This document shows positions 1 through 12,492 of a DNA stretch of 64,000 bases, one piece after another. This stretch comes from Mobula hypostoma (Eukaryota): positions 206,276,001-206,340,000 of the forward strand of contig NC_086097.1 in the NCBI RefSeq assembly GCF_963921235.1, written 5' to 3'. The notes below the pieces were generated by a model. That model ran no database searches, had not been told where the DNA came from, and saw nothing but the letters and a program-made list of their open reading frames with translations. Each line of letters opens with the position of its first letter. Position 1 is the stretch's first letter. The position numbers and the translations under genes are program-made.

Positions 1-510
1 GATGAGGCTGAGGTGGCAGTGATAGGTGGAACCAGGTGAAAAGAGGGATAATAGACAGATGAGACCAGGTGGGACTGCCAGCTGAGAGCAGAATTTCAGG
101 AAATAGGAGAAATGTGAGTGATGGCTCCATCAACCACAGTGAAGTAAAGCCATGGAGGGGAGGAAGACATTTCAGATATCCAGGAATGGAAAGCCTCATT
201 TTGAGAATAGACACAGTGGAGAGGAAGAAATGAAAGAAAGGGATGACGTTGTTACAAGGGGAGGAGGTATATACGAAGTAGCTGTGGGAGTCTGAGAGTT
301 TATAGGAAATGCCAGTAGCTAGTTTGTTTCCTTTTCCTGAAATGTAGTCAGAGAGATTCAGAAAAGAGAGGGAGCTATCACATGTACATTTGAGGGCAGG
401 TTAGAAGATAATAGCAATAGTAAGAACATTGATGAATTCTGCACAAGTACATGAGGAAGCAGCCATCTAGTTGCCAGAATAGTGTAGAGTTGGGGAGTAG
501 TCTCCAGAGT
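1..510 (-). mobile_element. Decayed Penelope-like element, C-terminal RT region (continues off window edge)
   Basis: Minus-strand translation gives broken PLE-RT-like pieces (AAS-C, PALK, SLPFLNLS, YK..DSHSY, AFHS..SEMSS); many stops and frameshifts. Confidence 0.6.
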
Positions 511-519
511 AAGTGAACC

Positions 520-1615
520 TGATGACCCTGTCAGGTTCAGGTGTGTGCTTAGCCCACTGTTCTATTCCCTATATACCCATGATTGTGTGGCTAGGCATAG
601 ATAAAATACCATCTATAAATTTAATGAGATACAACCATTGTTGGTAGAATCTCAGGTGGTGACGAGAGGGCATACAGGAGTGAGATATGCCAACTAGAGG
701 AGTGGTGTCGCAGCAACAACCTGGGACTCAACGTTAGTAAGACGAAAAAGCTGATTGTGGACTTCTGGAAGGGTAAGACGAAGGAACACACACCGATCCT
801 CATAGAGGAATCAGAATTGGAGAGAGTGAACAGTTACAAGTTCCTGGGTGTCAAGATGTCTGAGGATCTGACCTGGTCCCAACGTATCGATGTAGTTATA
901 AAGAAGGCAAGACGGTGATTACACTTCATTAGGAGTTTGAAGAGATTTGGTATGTCAACAAAAGCACTCAAAAACTTTTATAGATGTACCGTGGAGAGCA
1001 TTCTGACAGGCTGCCTCATTGTCTCATATGGGGGGTGGGGGGGGTGGGTGGGTGGTGGTCTACTGAACAGGACCCAAAGATATTGCCGTGGGTTGTAAAT
1101 TTAGTTGGCTCCATCTTGGGTACTAGCCTACAAAGTACCCAGGACATCTTCAAGAAACGGTGTCTCAGAAAGGCAGTGTCCATTATTAAAGTCCTCCAGC
1201 ACTCAGGCCATACCCTTTTCTCACTGTTACACCATGTAGGAAGTACAGACACACCCTCAGTGATTCAGGAACAGCTTCTTCCCCTCTGCCATCTGATTCC
1301 TAAATGGACATTGAACCATGAACAATACCTCACTTTTTAAATATATATTATTTCTGTTTTTACATGATTTTTAATCTATTCAATATACATATACTATAAT
1401 TGATTTACTTATCTTGCCTTGCCTGATGCCAGCCCTGTAGGCCTGAGTCGACGTAGTAGTAGTGGTAGTAGTACTAGTAGACTTACTTACTTATTTATTA
1501 TTATTATTATTTTATTTTGTTTCTTTTTCTATATTATGTATTGCATTGAACTGCTGCTGCTAAGTTAACAGATTTCACATCACACGCTGGTGATAATAAA
1601 CCTGATTCTGATTCC
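520..1615 (+). mobile_element. Rex-Babar (Rex1-like) LINE, 3' part, decayed
   Basis: RT C-terminal motifs WCRSNNLGLNVSKTKKLIVDF, YKFLGV, HSGHTLFSLL; AT-rich 3' UTR ending AATAAACCTGATTCTGATTC. Confidence 0.85.
1412..1480 (+). mobile_element. Short 3'-end fragment of another non-LTR element with (TAG)n tail (RTE-X-like), inside the Rex 3' UTR
   Basis: GC-richer island GCCAGCCCTGTAGGCCTGAGTCGACG followed by (TAG)n, interrupting the TTTACTTAT tract; family assignment is from memory only. Confidence 0.3.
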
Positions 1616-2044
1616 ACAAATCATTGTCCTCTGACGGGCAACGCACCCAATACTGAGGCACTAAGTAATGGACAGGCTATGTCGTCTGAATGTCCAACAT
1701 CAGATCCATCATGGTAGAGAGATAAGAAGGTGGTCAGGAAAAAAAATCAAATGTTTCACAATGATTTTGGACCAAATATTGTATTTTATAAATGGATAAT
1801 GAAAGTATATTTGAAGAGTGTGGAACAATTTCCTGAAGATGAAAAGCTGTTTTCCATCTAATAATCTAAGCAGTTGCATTAATCTTCAACAGTGTTAATA
1901 ACGTCTTAACAGTACATGATATTTCAAGAAACTTTTGATGTAAGATTCCTGTCATGAAATCACATCCATATGTCCCTTTTATTTTCCCTCTTTAAATTCC
2001 TACTGAAATATACCATGTATAAATATTTTATTTGCTCATTCATT

Positions 2045-2840
2045 TTGAGACCTGGGCCAATAGTTATCGTCTATACCTAAAAGTAATTGAGAATGCGATG
2101 GTGAACAAGCTTCTCGAATTGCTGTAATTTTTCTGATAAAGGCTCTCCCACAGCACCTTTGGAAACGAAGTTCCAAGTCATAAATCACGAAAATGAAACA
2201 ATGGTATTCTAAGTCAAAATAGTGTAAAATTTGGAGAGAAGCATGAAGCTGGTTCTAGTAATATGTTCCGAAGCCCTGTCCTTTTTATTGATAGAGATTG
2301 CCAATTTGGGAGATGTTGCCAGTGGCCTTGGTGAATAACTGTTGATTACTATCTGCTTTGTCCCATTGACTTCCATTTTACTAAAATTCTACAATGCTAC
2401 ACACAGTCAAGTGCTACCTTAACTATGGCCAATTCCTCTCACCTCTGGTTTTCAGCTCTTTGATTGATGTTTGGACCAAGGTGTGATGATGTCCAGAGCA
2501 CAGTGATCCTGGAGAAAACCCTAACTGAGCACACAGGAACAGGTCACTGGTGAGTAAGTGCTCCTTGAGAGCCCTGGCAATAACACCTTCCATCACTTGT
2601 TTGATGACTGAGAACAACTAATTCAGCAGTAATCAGCTGTATTTGATTGTCCTGTTTTCATAATAGGGAGTGCCTGGCCAATTGCCCATATTAGCAGGTA
2701 GATGCCAATGCTACAACTGTACTGGATCAAGATAGAGGCAAAGCAAGTTCTGGAGCTCAACTTGATAGTTCTATGGTTGGGATGTTGTTTGGTGCCATAG
2801 AGTTTGCTGTGTCCTGTGCTCTTAGGCATTTCTTGCTATG
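2045..2840 (-). mobile_element. Old CR1-clade LINE fragments (RT and 3' region)
   Basis: ORFs 2423-2617 (VMEGVI..L..HL..AQLGF) and 2623-2829 (IWAIGQALPIMK..QSN.ADY) resemble non-LTR RT subdomains; same family as 32790-33620. Confidence 0.65.
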
Positions 2841-3012
2841 ACATACAGAATTGAAAACCCCCAAGTCCCTTTGCTGAATCTTCACTGGCTGTGAACAGGT
2901 TGTTCTGAGGCTGTAAAAGGTATTACACCAAAGCCCTGAAACAGACAATCTATTACAAGCTTGGTCATAGGGAGCAATTACTAGCAAACAGAGAGCAAGA
3001 TTCAACAATGCC

Positions 3013-4025
3013 TCACAGGTCAGTATTGGGACTGCTACTTTTCACATTATTTGTCAGTGATTTGGATAATGGAATTGACGGCTTTGTGGCAAAGTTTGCG
3101 GGTGATACAAAGATAGGTGGAGGGGTAGGTAGTACTGGGGAAGCAATATGATTGCAGCAGGCCTTAGACAAATTGGAAGAGTGGGCAAAAAAGTGGCAGA
3201 TGGAATAGTGTTTGGAAATGTATGATAATGCATTTTGGTAAAAGGAACAATAGTGCAGACTACTATCTAAATGTGGAGAAAATTCAAACATCAGAGGTGC
3301 AGAGGGACTTAGGAGTCCTCATGCAGGACTCCAGAAGGTTAATCTACAGGTCGAGTCTGTGTTAAAGAAGACAAATGCAATGTTGGCATATATTTCAAGA
3401 GGAATAGAATATAAAAACAAGGAGATAATGCTTGAGGGCTTTATGAGACACTGATCGGGCCGCCCTTAGAGTCTTGTCAACAGTTTTGGTCCCCATATCT
3501 CAGAATGGATGTGATATCATTGGAGAAAGTCTGGAGGAGGTTCACAAAGATTTTTCTGGGAATGAAGGGGTTAACATATGAGGAGCATTTGGCAGCTTTG
3601 GGTCTGTACTCACTGGAATTTAGAAGAATGCAGGGAGGTCTCATTGAAACCTACCAGAAGTTGAAAGGATTAGATAAGGTGGATGTGGAGAGAATGTTTC
3701 CTTTAGTGGGGATATCCAGAACTAGAGGGCACAGCCTCAAAATTGAGAGGTGACCTTTTAGAACAGAAGTAAGGAGGATTTTTTTTTTTACCCAGAGAGT
3801 AGTGAATCTGTGGAATGCTCTGCCACAGACTGCAGTGGAGGCCAAGTCTGTGGGTATGTTTAAAATGGAAGTTGATAAATTTCCTGATTGGTCAGGGTAT
3901 CAAAGGATATGGTTAGAAGGTAGGTGTATGGGGTTGAGTGGGATCCAAGATCAGCCATGATGGAATGATGAAGCATACTTGATAGATTGAATGGCCTAAT
4001 TCTGCTTCTATGTCTTATGGTCTTA
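3013..4025 (+). mobile_element. CR1 LINE, 5'-truncated
   Basis: SVLGLLLF..FVSDLD, KFAGDTK (FADD motif), LEKVWRRFTK, TRGHSLK; tail TCTTATGGTCTTA. Confidence 0.95.
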
Positions 4026-4148
4026 GAAGAAATGTAACTCCTGGCAGTTGCTGGTTCATGGTCACTCAAAGTGGAATCCATGCATTAGGAGCACATAAAA
4101 ACTCAACATAACCTATTGTAGAACATCACAAGAAAAACCCCTACTCAC

Positions 4149-4331
4149 CTGTGAGGTACCCACTGTCTCATCTGTGCAAGAATCTGTGATACCCACATTG
4201 TTCTCATTAGCAACCTCAAAATGAGTGCATTGATTCCAAAAGAATGCCAAAGAACAAATCAAAATTGCATTTTTTTCTTTATTGCAGAAATGAGGTAAGA
4301 AGTCAAAAATCATTGGCTCACAATGGTTCAT
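4149..4331 (-). other. Candidate coding exon of an unidentified minus-strand gene
   Basis: 61 open codons from ATG (MNHCEP...TVGTSQ) ending at consensus donor CAG|GTGAGT (intron from 4148); unique sequence; no recognisable homology. Confidence 0.25.
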
Positions 4332-5174
4332 CTTGTTACTGTATGTATGTTAATTTTTAACACACCACTTTATGGATGCATCAACTGAGTGATAGAAAAG
4401 CTAGTTGAATATTTTAACAAAGAACACTTATGTAGCCTCTCTAATTTGTACAGATAATTATCAAATTGAATGTCATTACATATATTTGTGTTCATGTAAC
4501 ACTGAATTTGCATCATTGAGGTACATCATTAGTAATGCATACTGACACTGTTCCTATACTGAAATCAATTTTCATATGCTGAAATTTGATGGCATTACTG
4601 CACTTTGTGGTTGTGCCGCCTTTTACACTATTGTGCTTGTATTGCAGTAAACATTGCACAGCAGCTGGTTTCGCCTTATCTCTGTTTCTGCAACAAGATA
4701 TGAATCGTCATTGTTGCAGTTTTAAGTTCATGCCTTTTCCTCCTGTGAAAGACTGAGCAATCTGGTAAATGGATTGAATCCCAACAGTGTGTTTCAAATA
4801 ATTCCACTGTCATAAACTGTTAAAAGTCACTAGTAACAATAACCACAGCTGTAACATGAAATGTAGTCTTGGGTATAAAATGAAAAAATAAACTGATAAA
4901 TGATTGCTCTTACGTTGTAGAGGACTTGCACACTAAGGCAATTCTTAAAGTGTAGCCTGTTAGGTGCCAAATGTGGACCCACAGAGACTACTGAATCCAG
5001 CTGATGAGCAAATCATATTTAGTGGGTCTTCCGGACTGCTTGTTTTAGCAAGTCTCAGCAATTTTACATTTTGTATGAATTCTGTAGAAACAGTTTACCA
5101 CTGACATGCCATCACTCTTGAAATAGCACTGTGATATAAAAATAAAAGATAATGTAGTGTACTGTCATTTTTAA

Positions 5175-5482
5175 ACATTAGCTTTATTTGTCACATGTAT
5201 ATCAAAACCTATAGTGAAATGTGTCATTTGTGTCAAATCAAATCAGCGAGGACTGTGCTGGGCAGCCCGCAAGTGTTGCCACGATTCGGGTGCCGCATAG
5301 CATGCCCACAAATCACTAATCCCTCCCAAATGTCTTTGCAATGTAGGAGGAAACCAGAACACCCAGAGGAAACCCATATGGTCACAGGGGAGCGTACAAA
5401 CTCCTTACACACAGTGGCGGGAATCTTGATCTTATAGATGGTACTGTAAAATGTTGCGCTAACCACTACGCTTCTGTGCTTC
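5175..5482 (-). mobile_element. tRNA-derived V-SINE (HE1-like)
   Basis: tRNA-like head with A-box GTAGTGGTTAGC; V-core GGAGTTTGTACGCTCCCC...GGGTTTCCTC.GGGTG.TC.GGTTTCCTCC; tail CATGTGACAAATAAAG. Confidence 0.85.
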
Positions 5483-6059
5483 CCTCAGATAAAGATGGGA
5501 AATTAAAACAGATGTTTAGTTTTGAAACAATGTAATTTCCAGGTCATGAGAGCAAAATACATTGTAATATTGAATAACAAAGGGAATTTAGTCAATGGAA
5601 TAGACGTTCTTTCAATCAGTGGAAAGGATAATAAAAGAGAATAAGGGGATTATCTACCCTGAAAAATAAATATCAAAATGGAGTTGAAAAGCAGAGGAAT
5701 CAAGGGTATAGAAACAGATATCACTAAAAATAGAGTTAATTGAGGTCATATAAAAAGCAAATAAAGCACTGTGATTTGTTCCTCTAGTGCAATAATTAAT
5801 AATAATTATCAACCACAGCCATTGCAATACAACTCCTGTGGGATGTATCACCACTTCATCTTTCAGTTTAAGATGGCACTGGAGAAGCACAATGATTACA
5901 TGTCGGCAGCAAACAAAATAAACATGAGTACTAACTACTTTATTAATCACACTTTTTCTGGTAAACGATCAATGTAATCAATAGCCTGTAACTTCCTTTA
6001 GGAGATAAGCTTTTGAACTGTCTGCATGACCTGGCATTTTTGTGGTGAGAATTCAAGTC

Positions 6060-6855
6060 TCGAAGATGCAGGACAGTATGGGCTGAAATGAGGTATGGGA
6101 TCCAGACCTGAGAGTGAGGAATGAGCCAATGATTTACCATTGCTGGAGTGGACGTGCAGGCGATTCAATGTGGCAGAACCAAAGCAAGGCAAGTGGAGGG
6201 GAGGCAGAGTCCAGGCAGCAGGGCCTGGGCCCTGGCCCGAGAACAAGGAAAATCCCGAGGTTTGATTGACAAGTGTCGGTCTGAATTGTAAAGGTCAGGT
6301 GTGGGCTGGATCGAGGCAGTAGGACCCAGAACCAAGGGTGTATCGAAGTGGCAGGGCACGGGTCTGAAAACAACGTTTGATTGATTTAAGCACATGGCGG
6401 AAATGGAAAGGTTAGGTATTGGCCAAATCGAGGTAGTGTGGCCTGGGTCTGAGAATGAAGCAAAGCGGCAGGGCCTGGGTCTAAGAACAAGGAACAACCG
6501 GAAGGTTAGGTGATTTAAGGACTGGGCAGGATCGAAAAGGTCAGGGTGTCAGGCCAGAAGTAAGGGATGGGCTGGTTCAGCTCGGTTCTCCATAAGGTTT
6601 ATTCATCTCTGCACTGAACTGAGGCTGTGGCCTGTAATTGATGGACTACTGGATTAGCTGCAGTGATGACTGAGTTCATAGCTGTGGATTCACTTTTGTG
6701 TACTTCAGTTGTTTGCTTCCTTTTGCTTTTTGCACCATTTGAATTTTTTCAACACATTGGATGTTTGATGGTCCCTTTCTTAATGGGTTCCATCGGTTTT
6801 CTTTGTTTTGTGGCTGTCTGTATGGAGAAGAATCGCAAGGTCATATTGTAGACCT
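6060..6855 (+). mobile_element. Non-autonomous retroelement with ~125-bp internal tandem units and Rex-like 3' end
   Basis: Three diverged units starting GGCAGGGC (~6216, ~6350, ~6467); same unit on minus strand at 18600-18840; 3' end resembles the Rex-Babar UTR. Confidence 0.5.
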
Positions 6856-6867
6856 ATTAATACAAGT

Positions 6868-7396
6868 AATGGATACAACAAGTAATTAATGGTTTGTCAT
6901 ATGAAGAGCGTTTGATGGCCTCGGGCCTGTATTCACCAGAATTTCATTGTTTTCACTTCATTGAAACCTATTGAATGGTGAAAGACCTTGACAGATGGAT
7001 GCGGAGAGGATGTTTCCTATGGTGGGAGTCTAAGACCAGAGGACACAACCTCAGAATAGAGATGAGGAGGAATTTCTTTAGCTAGAGAGTGGTGAATCTG
7101 TGGAATTCTTTGCCACAGGCAGATGTGGAGGCCAATTCTTTATGTATATTTACGGCAGAGGTTGATACATTCTTGATTGGTCAGGACGTGAAATCGTGTG
7201 TATATATATATGTATATAGTCATAGTCATACTTTATTGATCCAGGGGGAAATTGGTTTTCGTTACAGTTGCACCATAATTAATAAATAATTATTTATTTA
7301 TCTGGAGAGAAAGCAGGAGTTTGGGGCTGAGAGGAAAATTGGATCAGCCATGATGAAATAGCAGAGCAGATGTGATGAGCCAAATGGAATAATTCT
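6868..7396 (+). mobile_element. CR1 LINE 3' fragment
   Basis: RMFPMVG, TRGHNL, VVNLWNSLPQ; tail ATCTTATGGT. Confidence 0.9.
7197..7300 (-). mobile_element. Rex-Babar extreme 3' tail inserted in CR1
   Basis: Minus strand reads AATTTCCCCCTGGATCAATAAAGTATGACTATGACTAT, a Rex1-type stem-loop, AATAAA and short-repeat tail. Confidence 0.6.
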
Positions 7397-7799
7397 GTTC
7401 CTACATCTTATGGTTTGTATATATATTAACTAAGTAGTTTGAAAAGTGAACAAAGGCTTCTGCAATCTTTTCAGTTTTGGTTGATTTTCCCTTTTCCCTT
7501 TATTGGATTTGTTTTTTTGCTTTTTTTGCAATATTTTACACTGCTCATTTTCAAAATTCTTTCACAACAAATGTATGTCTGATAGGCTGAGATAGGTCCT
7601 GTGAATTAAGACACCCAACTCCAAAGTAAGACACAGCATGTGCCGTCAGGTCTTCTTACAAACAACTGAAGAGATGAAGAGCAGAAAGCAATGCAATCTC
7701 TTGACCATGCTGTGCTATTCAATAAAGTTGCAGGTAATCTAATTTTCACCTCTGCGACTGTGCTTTGTTGCTCAAGTTAACTTTAAACCATCCATCTAT

Positions 7800-8140
7800 G
7801 AGATGGCGTGGTAGCTTTGCTGTTAGCACCTTGCTTTACAGTACAGGCGACCCGGCTTCAATTCCTGCCACTACCTGTAAGGAGTTTGTACATTCTCCCT
7901 GTGACCATGTGTGTTTCCTCTGGGAGCTCCAGTTTCCTCCCACAGTCTAAGGACATACTGGCTGGTAGGTTAATTGATCGATGTAAACTGTCCCTTGATT
8001 AGGCTAGGATTAAATTGGGGTTTGCTGGTTGGCATGGCTCGAAAGGACAGAAGGGCCTTTTTCGTGGATTAAATCAGGGGCGGCATGGGTCAAAGGGCCG
8101 GAAGGACCTATTCCACACTGAATCTCAATAAAATAAAATA
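7800..8140 (+). mobile_element. tRNA-derived V-SINE (HE1-like)
   Basis: B-box-like GCTTCAATTCCTGCC; V-core GGAGTTTGTACATTCTCCCTGTGACC...TTTCCTCCCACAGTCTAAGGAC; CR1-like tail then (TAAAA)n; tail partly duplicated. Confidence 0.85.
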
Positions 8141-8744
8141 ATAACAACTTATAACAAGACTACACCAAGGAGATCCAGTATAGTTACAATGACCTGTGTT
8201 TAGGCCATCATTTGCTTATAATGCAACAAACAAAAAAGAACATATTTCTAAGCCCCTATTGTTTAACACATGTATCTGGTTCTGGGATCATTTAGGTTTC
8301 TTATCTTTGTTATTTAAATATATGACAACAATTGTGGCACCTAATCAGCCCCTAACAATAGATATGGGGATTAAAAAGGCAATTTCACGAGAGGGGATTG
8401 TATTTATGTTATAGCACCAGAAGGTTGCTTGCCCTTTAAAGGTAGGAGGGGGGAACGTCGACTCAGACCATGAGAGGCCTGTGTCGGGCATTCTGCACCT
8501 TTAAAGGCAGAGTAAATCAAATGAGGCAGAAAATTGATCTATTCCAGCAGTTCAGGGTCCTAGTCTACTTTAGATCAAAGTTCAAACTTGTTATTTTTAT
8601 TTCTGCAAAAGGAGCCCTTGAACAATATTTAAAGTGGCAGGTATCCAGCAGTACAGAGCCAGGAACAATATACTGAGATAAATTACCATAAACCAATGTC
8701 AAATGTCTTTGAAGCGGTACAATGTAATGGCTTCTGCTGAAAAT

Positions 8745-10730
8745 AGACCACAAGACCATAAGACACAGGAGCAGAATTAGGCCATTCAGCCCATCAAGTC
8801 TTCTTCATCATTTCATCCTGGCTGATCCATTTCCCTCTGAATCCCCTTCTCCTGTTTTCTCCCCAAAACTATTCACACCCTGACTAATCAAGAACCTATC
8901 AACCTCTACTGAAATGTACCCAGTGACCTGGCCTCCACAGCTGCCTGTGACAATGAATTTCACAGATTCACCACACTCTGGCTAAAGAAATTCTTCCTCA
9001 GCCCTGTTCTAGATGGATGTCACTCTATTTTGAGTCTATGTCCTCTGGTCCTATATTCTCCCAACACAGGAAACATCCTCTTCACATCCACTCTATCAAG
9101 GCCTTTCAACATTCCTAAGTTTCAATGAGATTTCCCCCCATTCTTCTAAGTTCCAGTGAGTACAGACCCAGAGCCTTAAATCACTGCTTATTTGATATCC
9201 CTTTCATTCTCGGAATCATCCTTGTGAATCTCTTCTGAACCCTCTCCAATGTCTAAGGGGTCTAAAACTGCTCACAATACTTGAAGTGAGGCCTTACCAG
9301 TGCCATATAGAGGCTCAGCATTCCATCCTTGCTTTTATATACTAGTCCTCTTGCAATGAATGCTAACATTGTACTCTCCTTCCTCACCACTGATTCAACC
9401 ACCAATTCTATCCATGCTACTATCTTTCCTGCAATACCCTGGGTTCTTACCTTATTTAGCAGCCTCATGTGCACCTTCTGAAAATCCAAGTACACATTAT
9501 CCCCCAAATTTCCTTTGTCTATCCTGCTTATTATTTCTTCAAAGAATTACAACAGATTTGCCAGGCAATATTTTTCCTTGAGGAAAGCATGCCGAATTTG
9601 GCCTATTTTGTCATGTGCCTCCAAGTACCCCGAAACCACAACCTTAACGATCGACTCCAACATTTTCCCAACCACTGATGTCAAGCTTATAATAACCGTT
9701 CTTCTGACTCACGCCCTTCTTGAAGAGTGGAGTGATACTTGCAATTTTCCAATCTTCCAAAATCATTTCCAGTTAAAGACTGGAAATAAAAAAAATCTCC
9801 ATGATTCTCCCCCAAAGGTGAAAAGGAAATATCAAAAGAAAGATGGGGAGACCATGCAGACCCCAAGGTCAGAACAACTGCACCAGTTGAACATGAACCA
9901 ACACGAGGAGTTGCTGTCAACAGAAGGAGCTCTGCGAATTGAGACAGAATAAATGGGAACCTGTGCAAAGACTCACTGATCACATTGATGCAGTCCATTA
10001 TGGGGCACGTGGAGTGAATTACGGTCACACAGCAAGAACAAGAACAGAACCGAACAGATAGGATCTTGGTAGAAGGATATGCAAGAAATGAACATGTTGA
10101 TCAGAGTTCTCAAAAAGACACAAATATTAATACAGCAAATGCAAGCAAAACACCTTTGGAAACAAATAACAGACTAAAAAGGATCGTTAAATCATCACAG
10201 GAACAGATGGAAAGTTGCTGAGTGGATAAGGGACTGTATTTGCTTATTACAATTGAAGTTGATATAGATACAGATTTCTTCGTTGAAAAGAATTATTGTT
10301 CCTTGTAGGTTTATGAGGACATAGCATTATGTTTGTTTTTCTTTAAAGGGGGAAGGTGTATTACTATGTGTCCACAATAAAGAACTTCTATTCCCCATAG
10401 GCAATTAGGGCAGTTGACCCGGAACCAAAAGCTTCGATGATGAACTGATCACAGGCATTCAGTGTAGTTCATTCAGTTCAGTTCAGTACAAAAATGTTCT
10501 TAGCATAAACCCACACCAAGTTTGTCTCAATAAACATAACACCCGAGTAGTCCATCAGGTCTAGGTAGCTTACCTATCTTCAGGTGTTTCATTTTCCCAA
10601 GCACCTCTCCCTAGTAAGAGCAACTGCACTCACTTCTGCTCCTTGACACTCCTGAACTTCCAGCATACTTCTAGTGTCATCCACAATGAGGACTGATACA
10701 AAATACTGATTCAGTTCATCCATCATGTCC
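8745..10730 (-). mobile_element. CR1 LINE fragment, interrupted at ~9770-10587
   Basis: 3' tail (AAGACCAT)n at 8750; YLDFQK, LVRPHFKYCEQF; upstream part (DELNQYFVSV) resumes at 10588. Confidence 0.9.
9770..10587 (+). mobile_element. Probable 3' end of a decayed LTR retrotransposon (pol tail, PPT, partial LTR)
   Basis: Purine tract AAAGGGGGAAGG directly followed by TG at ~10357; upstream NNRLKRIVKS resembles Gypsy pol C-terminal tails; block splits a CR1. Confidence 0.4.
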
Positions 10731-10880
10731 AAATACAAAAGAAAAAATAATAAAAATGAGAAATAAATATCAAGAATGTAAGATGAAGAGTTCTTGAAAG
10801 TGAGTCCAAAGATTTTGGAACAGTTCACTAATGGGGGGTGTGAGGTTGAGTGAAGTTATCCATTTTGGTTCAATATCTTG
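10730..10880 (-). mobile_element. Rex-Babar 3' UTR fragment
   Basis: Aligns by eye to 34680-34860 (AGATGAAG.GTTCTTGAAAGTGAGT...GTTGAGTGAAGTTATCC). Confidence 0.6.
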
Positions 10881-10894
10881 TTGGTTCAGGAGTT

Positions 10895-12490
10895 ATCACT
10901 TAAATATACATAAAGACTTGTCCTCCACAGCTGCCTGTGTCACAAAAAATCCACGGAGTCACCACTCTCTAGCTAAAGAAATTTCTCCTCATCTCTATTC
11001 TAAAAGGATGCCCCTCTATTCTGAGGCTGTGTCCTCTGGTCTTAGACTCTCCCAACATAGGAACATCCTCTCTACATCCACTCTATCAAGGCCTTTCACC
11101 ATTCAATAGGTTTCAATGAGATCACCCTTCACTCTTTTGAATTCTAGTGAATACAGGCCCAGAGCAATCAGATGCTCTCATATGACAAGCCATTCAATGC
11201 TGGAATCGTTTTCGTGAACCTCCTTTTAATCCTCTCCCATTTCAGCACGTCCTTTCTAAGATAAGGCACCCAAACCTGCAAACAATACTCCAAGTGAGGC
11301 CTCACCAGTGCTTTATAAAGTTTCAACATTACATCTTTGCTTTCCTATATTGTAGTCTTCTTGAAATGAATGCTAACATTGCATTTGCATTCCTCACCAC
11401 AGACTCAACCTGCAAATTAGCCTTTAAGGAATCCTGCATGAGGATTCCCAAGTCCCTTTGCACCTCAGACCTCTGCATTTTCTCTCCATTTAGAAAACAG
11501 CCAACCCTTTCATTTCTTCTACCAAAGTGCATGACCATACACTTCCCGACACTGTATTCTATCTGCCACTTCTTTGCTCATTCTCCTAAAGTGTCTCTAC
11601 TTCCTCAAAACTATCTGCCCCTCCACCTATCTTCATATCATCTGCAAACTCTGCAACAAAGCATTAATTCCATCATGCAAATCATTGACGTATAACTTGA
11701 GAGGAATCAGTCCCAATACAGACCCCAGTGGAACACCAATAGTCACCAGCAGCCAGCCAGGAAAAAGCTTTTTTATTCCCACTCTTTGCCTCCTGCCAAT
11801 CAGTCACGGCTTTACCAATGCTAGAATCTTTCCTGTAATACCAAGGGTTCATAGCTTGTTAAATAGCCTCATGTGTGGCACCTTGGCAAAGGCCTTCTGA
11901 AAATCCAAGTACACAACATTAACTGATTTTCCTTTATCTATCCTGCTTGTTAATTTTTCAAAGAATGCCAACAGATTTGTCAGGCAAGAGTTTTCCTTGA
12001 GGAAACCATGCTGACTATAGCCTTTTTTATCGTGTTCCTCAAAATACCCTAAGACATTATCCTTACTAATCAACTCCAGCATCTTCCCAACCACAGATGT
12101 CAGACAAACTAGCCTATAGTTTCCTTTCTTCTGCCTCTCTCTCTTCTTGAAGAGTGGAGTGATATTTGAAATTTTCCAGTATTCTGGAACCATTTCAGAA
12201 CTAATGATTCTTGAAAGATTATTGGTGATGCCTCCACATGCTCTTCAGCCATCTCTTTCAGAACTCTGGGGTGCACAGCATTTGGTCCAGGTGACTTATC
12301 TACCTTCAGACCTTTAACTTTTCTAAGAACCTTCTCTCCAGTTATGGTAACTTCACACACTTCATGACCCCAATACCTGGAACGTCCATCATCCTGTTGG
12401 TGCCTTCCAGAGTGAAGACTGATGCAAAATACTTATTCAGTTCATCCACTATTTCATTGTCCACCTTCTTTTCCTCTAGTTTTATTTCAA
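10895..12490 (-). mobile_element. CR1 LINE ORF2 fragment
   Basis: DKSPGPNAVHPRVLKE, GNYRLVCLTSVVGKMLE, QHGF, YLDFQKAFAKVPH. Confidence 0.95.
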
Positions 12491-12492
12491 GG

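Noticed and set aside
4655..4685. E-box plus GATA composite (CAGCTG...TTATCT)
   Set aside because: GATA orientation does not fit the canonical TAL1-GATA1 arrangement
7800..7870. tRNA gene
   Set aside because: Degenerate SINE head continuing into the V-core; no full cloverleaf
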